A DNA stretch of 64,000 nt. It comes from a virus. The translations under genes and the position numbers were made by a program. The notes under the pieces are model-generated. The model made no database searches. It saw only the letters and a program-made list of their open reading frames with translations, and was not told where the DNA came from. Location of the stretch: IMG/VR virus record IMGVR_UViG_3300034101_003424, positions 1 to 64,000 of that record; one strand, 5' to 3'. This document shows, piece after piece, positions 59,176-64,000 of the stretch. Position 1 is the first letter of the stretch, and each line of letters starts with the position of its first letter.

Positions 59176-59619
59176 TTATTTAAAAATATTGTTATTTGGG
59201 TCATTTATTCTTTCCGGGAAAAAAGAAAATCCACTCATATCAAAAGGAGCTGCTGTAATAAAGGCATCACAAAAACCTGCTTTTTTTAGTTTATCTAAAT
59301 CTATGGCAGCTTTATTGTAAGAGTTATACATACGAGCATAATAGTAATAGTTCTGAATCCCTAACTTTATTTTAATTATTTCGGGACCCGATTTTACAGA
59401 CCTATCGTATAATCCTACTCTAATCATATAAATAGGAACTTCATAAGTATCCATTTCTATACTACAAGGAGCAGGAGCTCTTTTTTTGTACTCGATGGTC
59501 ACACATACAATACTGTCGATTGATTTTCTAACAGGATTATTAAAACTGAAATACTGAGAAAAACCTTTTACAGTAGAAAACAATAACATAAAAACAAATA
59601 ATCTCTTCATTTTAATCAT
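59176..59619 (-). CDS. Secreted SPOR-like (peptidoglycan-binding) protein
   Basis: Signal peptide MKRLFVFMLLFSTVKGFS-Q; Y.IRVG.Y...Y.SY..A...L.KLKKAGF.DAFI. Confidence 0.65.
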   Translation of the reverse strand: MIKMKRLFVFMLLFSTVKGFSQYFSFNNPVRKSIDSIVCVTIEYKKRAPAPCSIEMDTYEVPIYMIRVGLYDRSVKSGPEIIKIKLGIQNYYYYARMYNSYNKAAIDLDKLKKAGFCDAFITAAPFDMSGFSFFPERINDPNNNIFK

Positions 59620-59905
59620 TTTTTAACATATACAAATAAGCATTATCAAAATAAGGAACCTCCTTTTTTATACACACATAGGAACCAGAGGCATATAAAT
59701 TGACTACATCTTCTTTTGATTCCCAATTCTCATGCCCCCACCTTTTTGCCAATCCGGTTAATTCTTCAAGACCTCCCCATTTAACTGTTTTAGGATAACC
59801 TTTCACGTCCTCTGCTTCAAATATAAACGTTTCTTCCGCCAAGTAAGAAGTAGAAGCAATAATAAATTTAGGTAAATCCCTTTTTAAATCTGGTGATTGT
59901 AACAT
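59612..59905 (-). CDS. Hypothetical protein
   Basis: Intact ORF in operon. Confidence 0.55.
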   Translation of the reverse strand: MLQSPDLKRDLPKFIIASTSYLAEETFIFEAEDVKGYPKTVKWGGLEELTGLAKRWGHENWESKEDVVNLYASGSYVCIKKEVPYFDNAYLYMLKND

Positions 59906-60387
59906 AATAAATTTAAGTTTGTGAATTTATAACATTCTTTTACTTTTAGAGAAGTATCCATAAATAGACGAAGGTACTTTGAATCAAAAAATAACAAATC
60001 ATCTACATCATCCGGATCCTCCGAATCTAAATACTTAAAATCAAAAATAACTTGTTCCATTTCTCCTTGTTCATCCAAATGTACTTCACTGTCATACCAA
60101 CCCGTAGGAGGATATAAAAAATATACATTTTCTATTTTATCTGAAACAAGTCCAATTTTTGAAATTCCTTTGTTGTCAAATTCATTTTCCTGAATTATCT
60201 TAGCATCTTTTCCTGGATATACTAAAGATTCTATTCTTAGCTCTCCATTTATTTTATGCATGATTTCATCAAAAATTATGGTCTTGTCATAATTCTCTTT
60301 TCCGTACAAATTTTTTCTGAAAATAGAAGCATACTCTTCACTTCCAATAACTCCCTCAATATAAAAAACACCTTTAGATCTCTTCAT
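59884..60387 (-). CDS. Hypothetical protein
   Basis: Intact ORF in operon. Confidence 0.55.
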   Translation of the reverse strand: MKRSKGVFYIEGVIGSEEYASIFRKNLYGKENYDKTIIFDEIMHKINGELRIESLVYPGKDAKIIQENEFDNKGISKIGLVSDKIENVYFLYPPTGWYDSEVHLDEQGEMEQVIFDFKYLDSEDPDDVDDLLFFDSKYLRLFMDTSLKVKECYKFTNLNLLCYNHQI

Positions 60388-61237
60388 AACTTTCGTCTAA
60401 TTCCATTTTAGTAATAAATAATGTTTTCAAATTCTTCTGCAAAGATAAGGAGTTTTTATCATAAATCCAACCTTTAGGAGAGAAATCTTTTTTTAATTTG
60501 CGTAAACTAGTGAATGAAGCTAAAATATCTCCTTTAATGTCTGTTACGATAAACACTTGTTCCTTTCTTTCTAGTAGCTCTAAAGATTTCTTAAAAGGAT
60601 TACCCGGCATGTTTTTTACTTGCTCTAACATATCTGCAACTAAGTCTCTAGTTTCTTTCTGTACATCATTTTTGATTCTTAATTTAACTAAGTGCATGAA
60701 AGCTAAAAAACTCATAGTCCAAATAAAAGTTGTTTCTAAGGATAATGGAAGTACTGATCTAGCCTGTTCTTTACTTGTTCCTAATTCAAGTAACTTTTGA
60801 TAAGCTGTTTTAGCATTCTCTATTATTTCATCTTGAGTAATATTTGCTATTACATTATATAATTTACTTAAATCTTCGCCACTACCTTGTTTTGAATCTT
60901 TTGACTGAGACCTAAATGTTTGAATAGCATAGTAAGAATCCGAGAAATCTACATACCTTCCGGATATTGAATTTACAGACATATTCTCCATGGGTAAATT
61001 CACCTCAACGCCAATTTCGTGCTTTCTAAGCTGCCTTTCTACATATATTGGGCATGACAACCTAAATTGTAATTGCGCATGTCTGAAGGGAGATACGTGC
61101 CCTTCTTCCCATAAGAATTCTAATAGATTTTCATTTTGACTATCCGGATAATTTGATGCCTCTTTGTCATAAGAAACTCTAGCGACATTTGCAATTTTAA
61201 TATCGCTTCCCATAAAATCAATTAACTCTGCTTTCAT
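60374..61237 (-). CDS. thyX: FAD-dependent thymidylate synthase
   Basis: NVARVSY, GHVSPFRH, RQLRKH...SVNSISGRY, EQARSVLP, LR....VQKE; start reassigned to ATG 61237. Confidence 0.9.
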   Translation of the reverse strand: MKAELIDFMGSDIKIANVARVSYDKEASNYPDSQNENLLEFLWEEGHVSPFRHAQLQFRLSCPIYVERQLRKHEIGVEVNLPMENMSVNSISGRYVDFSDSYYAIQTFRSQSKDSKQGSGEDLSKLYNVIANITQDEIIENAKTAYQKLLELGTSKEQARSVLPLSLETTFIWTMSFLAFMHLVKLRIKNDVQKETRDLVADMLEQVKNMPGNPFKKSLELLERKEQVFIVTDIKGDILASFTSLRKLKKDFSPKGWIYDKNSLSLQKNLKTLFITKMELDESYEEI

Positions 61238-61295
61238 TGTTTGAAACTTTTTAGTAAACTTAATTTTGAACAATAAACCAGTCAAGTTTATTGTG

Positions 61296-61303
61296 CAAAT
61301 ATA
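61296..61303 (-). promoter_or_regulatory. Bacteroidota-type -7 element upstream of thyX
   Basis: TATATTTG (TAnnTTTG); -33 element imperfect. Confidence 0.6.
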
Positions 61304-61304
61304 A

Positions 61305-61958
61305 CTATATTATTTTATATTTTAGCATTAATTTAAATAATTCTTCACTTCCATCTCCATCCGAAGGATAATGAACTCCGGACAATTCTCTGACATCTTT
61401 TATCTTCTTATATAAATCTAAAAAATAATCTTTTGAAGATGGTTTTAGTTTCATTAATTGATAAATCATTACTAGGAAATCCATAGTGTGTCCCGAAGGA
61501 TAGGCAGCCGAATTTGCGTCCGTTCTAGTTACAGGATGTAATTTAGTTCTATATTCTCCAGCTAATTCATTAGGTCTTGGTCTGTTAAAATAATCTTTAA
61601 GATAATATACTATTGGATAAGCCTCATCAGACCAGGAATTAACTCTTTTTCTATCCACACCTTTAATCCCTAATTTTTCCGCTGTTTTAACAAAGAAATC
61701 TAAATGATGATGTTCCATATAAAAGCACATACTTTTTTCTTTGTCCGTAATATTATCCGAAATTTTTTTAAGATGCTCAAGTTCTTTTTTCGTAGTATCT
61801 GAAGAATTTTTTGGAGGAGGGAACTTTTTTATAAATTCATCTATCATACCTGAATCTTTTGCTTTTTCAAGAGTTCCGTATTTATCTTTTTCAATTTTTC
61901 TTACATACTCTTCTGGTTGATTTCCAAATTTAACAGAGTCTAACTTTTTATAATCCAT
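61305..61958 (-). CDS. PAP2/haloperoxidase-superfamily phosphatase
   Basis: KDYFNRPRP, YPSGH, RELSGVHYPSD; start reassigned to ATG 61958, after the late-promoter motif. Confidence 0.85.
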   Translation of the reverse strand: MDYKKLDSVKFGNQPEEYVRKIEKDKYGTLEKAKDSGMIDEFIKKFPPPKNSSDTTKKELEHLKKISDNITDKEKSMCFYMEHHHLDFFVKTAEKLGIKGVDRKRVNSWSDEAYPIVYYLKDYFNRPRPNELAGEYRTKLHPVTRTDANSAAYPSGHTMDFLVMIYQLMKLKPSSKDYFLDLYKKIKDVRELSGVHYPSDGDGSEELFKLMLKYKII

Positions 61959-61969
61959 AATATCTTTTA

Positions 61970-61977
61970 AATAAATA
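61970..61977 (-). promoter_or_regulatory. Putative late promoter TATTTATT
   Basis: 11 nt before ATG 61958; abuts a hairpin. Confidence 0.6.
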
Positions 61978-61978
61978 T

Positions 61979-62000
61979 GAGACCTTTGCAAAAAGGCCTC
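61979..62000 (-). terminator. Hairpin/terminator between genes
   Basis: GAGGCCTTT-TTGC-AAAGGTCTC followed by an AT-rich tail. Confidence 0.55.
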
Positions 62001-62013
62001 ATACTTGTTTATT

Positions 62014-62250
62014 TTATTCTTCTTTATCAGAATGCTCGGAGCTCTCTATTCTTATAGGATTATCTAAGATAATTCTTAACATGACATAGAATCCAAAAGA
62101 TTGAAGAAAGGTTATATCTTTCAATTCAAAATATTCTGCAATTGAAAAATTCCAACATACCATAACCATAAAAGATCCAATAGAAGTTGTTAATAAGAAA
62201 AAAAACAAAACCAATAAATTTACAAAAACTTTTTTCATACTTTGTGACAT
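62014..62250 (-). CDS. Small membrane protein
   Basis: Two hydrophobic segments, M.CWN.....F.L..ITFLQS. Confidence 0.6.
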   Translation of the reverse strand: MSQSMKKVFVNLLVLFFFLLTTSIGSFMVMVCWNFSIAEYFELKDITFLQSFGFYVMLRIILDNPIRIESSEHSDKEE

Positions 62251-62262
62251 AATTGTGATTGA

Positions 62263-63402
62263 TTAATGTGAATCCCCGACATTATTTTTTTCGCTGTATA
62301 TTAAGTAATCTGGGTTTATTACTTTAGCTACTTTTGATCTATTTCCATCGACAGCTTTTATAACAATACCTTCGTGAGGAACTTTAGTGTTGTTTATAAA
62401 ATTATTGAATACAAATTTATTTTTTACCTCTTCTGAATAAAGTCCTTTGTACAACACTTCAACGTATGGCAATTTTAAATAATCATTAACTACAAATTCA
62501 GCTGAGGTTAAATTAAAATACTTTTTGTTTAATTCAACATCAAAAATACAAAGCTGTATATCATCTAATCCGTACTCATAATTTTTTTGAATACCTTTAC
62601 CGTATATTTCTCCATAGATTATGAATCCACTACCTATAGAAGTATCGTTACCTTTAATACTTATGTTCTTTTTAACAAGATTCCAAAGCTTGTTTTTAAT
62701 GTCATATTTTTTTTCAATATCATACCAAACATTAGTATCATAAAAACCCTGAGTGTCTGATCCTTTTTCTACGTTATGAGAACCTACTACAAATTCATAC
62801 TCGCCCCAACCTAAATTAAAACCAAAGAACTTTTTAATTTTATCCCATAGAGATAATTTAGTTTTCTTAACAATTCCATACCTTGCATTTGTTCCATGTA
62901 TTTTCCTTGTTATTTCTACGTAATCATATTCATCAAAAATATTAGGAACATTTTTAAAATTAGGAAATTTGTAGTAAATATAAAAATTGGGATTTTCATG
63001 GTACCTTCTTTTTTTTCCACTAGCCAGGGTAATAAGTCTAGCTGGGGGTTCATACTTATATATTTTAAGTACGTCCATTAAATCCTCCCCATATTCCCTT
63101 TTATTCTTAGGAATTAAATCAATTGGCATTAATAGGCATTCGCTATAAACGCCTCTTAATTTAATTGTCCTAACTCTTTCTTTACTCCGGAGATAATTCG
63201 TTACCCCTAATTTTTCTGAAATTTCTAAAGGTATTACAGCATCTGTTGTAGCACAGACAACTAAATCTCCAATTGAGTGAGAACCTTTCTTTACAATACA
63301 AAACCATCCATTTACAACAGCTAGTTCTATATTATCAGCATCCGGAATATCTAGAATATTATTTATTGCGGACACAAAACAAACACTATTTTCATTTTTC
63401 AT
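62263..63402 (-). CDS. RNA ligase (DRB0094/Rnl5-like family)
   Basis: IPDADNIE..V.GW..IVKKG, LRGVYS, KIHGTN adenylation motif, GEIYG.GIQKN, FDV, EGIVIK, KVIN. Confidence 0.88.
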   Translation of the reverse strand: MKNENSVCFVSAINNILDIPDADNIELAVVNGWFCIVKKGSHSIGDLVVCATTDAVIPLEISEKLGVTNYLRSKERVRTIKLRGVYSECLLMPIDLIPKNKREYGEDLMDVLKIYKYEPPARLITLASGKKRRYHENPNFYIYYKFPNFKNVPNIFDEYDYVEITRKIHGTNARYGIVKKTKLSLWDKIKKFFGFNLGWGEYEFVVGSHNVEKGSDTQGFYDTNVWYDIEKKYDIKNKLWNLVKKNISIKGNDTSIGSGFIIYGEIYGKGIQKNYEYGLDDIQLCIFDVELNKKYFNLTSAEFVVNDYLKLPYVEVLYKGLYSEEVKNKFVFNNFINNTKVPHEGIVIKAVDGNRSKVAKVINPDYLIYSEKNNVGDSH

Positions 63403-63421
63403 AAACTATTATTTAATGACA

Positions 63422-63453
63422 CAAAGATAACTTAATTTTTTGTAATTTCCAAA
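63422..63453 (-). promoter_or_regulatory. Bacteroidota-type primary-sigma promoter
   Basis: TTTG-N20-TATCTTTG, exact consensus. Confidence 0.8.
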
Positions 63454-63734
63454 TTAATTAGAGATTTTTTTAATTCTCTTTCTTTTTTTCTCTTGTTCCT
63501 AGCGTACTCTACATATATTTCTCTTTTTTCCGCATAGTATTCTTTTTGCTTCTCAATTAGTTTTTCTTTATTTTCTATATAATACAACTGCCTTCTTTTT
63601 TTCTCTCTTTGTCTAGCGTATTCGGACATAGAATGGTAATCGGCTAACCTTTTTTTTCTATGTTCCTCCTTCTTTTCTTCCGATAAGTTAGCAAATCTAT
63701 TTTTAAGATATTCTTTTTTGTCTTTTGTAACCAT
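63432..63734 (-). CDS. Highly basic hypothetical protein
   Basis: K/R/E-rich with YY..NKE/K repeats. Confidence 0.55.
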   Translation of the reverse strand: MVTKDKKEYLKNRFANLSEEKKEEHRKKRLADYHSMSEYARQREKKRRQLYYIENKEKLIEKQKEYYAEKREIYVEYARNKRKKERELKKSLINLEITKN

Positions 63735-63735
63735 A

Positions 63736-63999
63736 TTAATAAGCCTCTAAGTGAGGATCAATTAAGTTTTCTAATTTTGTTAATTCGTCAGCAACTTCTT
63801 TATTAAAGGAGCCATAAACTCTTATTGTACCGTATTTTACTTTTATGTCTCTTATAAACAATCCACCTGTGATATGCGTAAAAGCAGATGCTAAGTGTAA
63901 ATCTCTACATCTAACTATTGAGTTATCGTTAGCAAATAAATGTAGAAGATTCAGTACAAATGTAGGGCACCACCAAGGTTTAGCTTTCTTCGCAACAAA
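63736..63999 (-). CDS. Hypothetical protein (partial; start outside the window)
   Basis: Manual translation FVAKKAKPWWCPTFVLNLLHLFANDNSIVR...IKVKYGTIRVYG...EAY*. Confidence 0.6.
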   Translation of the reverse strand, partial: FVAKKAKPWWCPTFVLNLLHLFANDNSIVRCRDLHLASAFTHITGGLFIRDIKVKYGTIRVYGSFNKEVADELTKLENLIDPHLEAY

Positions 64000-64000
64000 T

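Noticed and set aside
1-64000. Stop-codon reassignment (as in some jumbo and crAss-like phages)
   Set aside because: Genes are full length under code 11, and TAA, TAG and TGA all terminate genes at sensible boundaries (e.g. TAG 20515, TGA 5761).
1-64000. Eukaryotic/giant-virus or cellular origin suggested by collagen, Kelch repeats and the Mre11-Rad50 fusion
   Set aside because: Baseplate gp6/gp25, S74 fibres, amidase endolysin, sigma factor and bacterial promoters/terminators indicate a tailed bacteriophage; no integrase or host genes were seen.
1-64000. tRNA/rRNA genes, introns, inteins, IS elements
   Set aside because: None recognised by eye; intergenic gaps are too short except 30.2-30.55 kb, which shows no cloverleaf. 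tRNAscan/cmscan were not run.

Overview
A 64-kb, AT-rich, gene-dense segment of a large lytic myovirus (jumbo/T4-like tailed phage). The host is very probably Bacteroidota: TAnnTTTG host-type promoters, A-rich translation starts without SD, and a Gln after a signal peptide. The genetic code is standard. Left arm (1-30.1 kb, minus strand): partial collagen-like fibre, fused Mre11-Rad50, primase, T7-endoI-like resolvase, a baseplate cluster (LamG protein, paralogous wedge proteins, DNRLRE-like protein, gp6/J-like, gp25-like, gp5-like spike), a gp55-like late sigma factor, a degenerate HD protein and a membrane protein. A divergent, CATG-packed intergenic region (30.2-30.55 kb) separates the arms and is an origin candidate. 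Right arm (30.6-58.9 kb, mostly plus strand): collagen-like fibres with peptidase-S74 chaperones and five genes encoding six 6-bladed Kelch-like propellers (36 blades with near-invariant DNA frameworks and two hypervariable loops). These are interleaved with four 2OG-Fe(II) oxygenases, a sulfotransferase and four glycosyltransferases, followed by an amidase endolysin, YopX, a second sulfotransferase, a TerS-like/ParB-N pair module and a ferritin-like protein. The last 5 kb (minus strand) holds a SPOR protein, thyX, a PAP2 phosphatase and an RNA ligase. Best candidates for new biology: (i) an antibody/VLR-like recombinational propeller-adhesin repertoire; (ii) a virion hydroxylation/glycosylation/sulfation pathway with a candidate [ST]-[GAS]-S sequon; (iii) a gp55-like sigma with a TATTTAT(A/T) late promoter; (iv) a CATG-iteron origin candidate; (v) a structured RNA upstream of a fibre gene. 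All family calls are by eye from motifs; no database searches were run.
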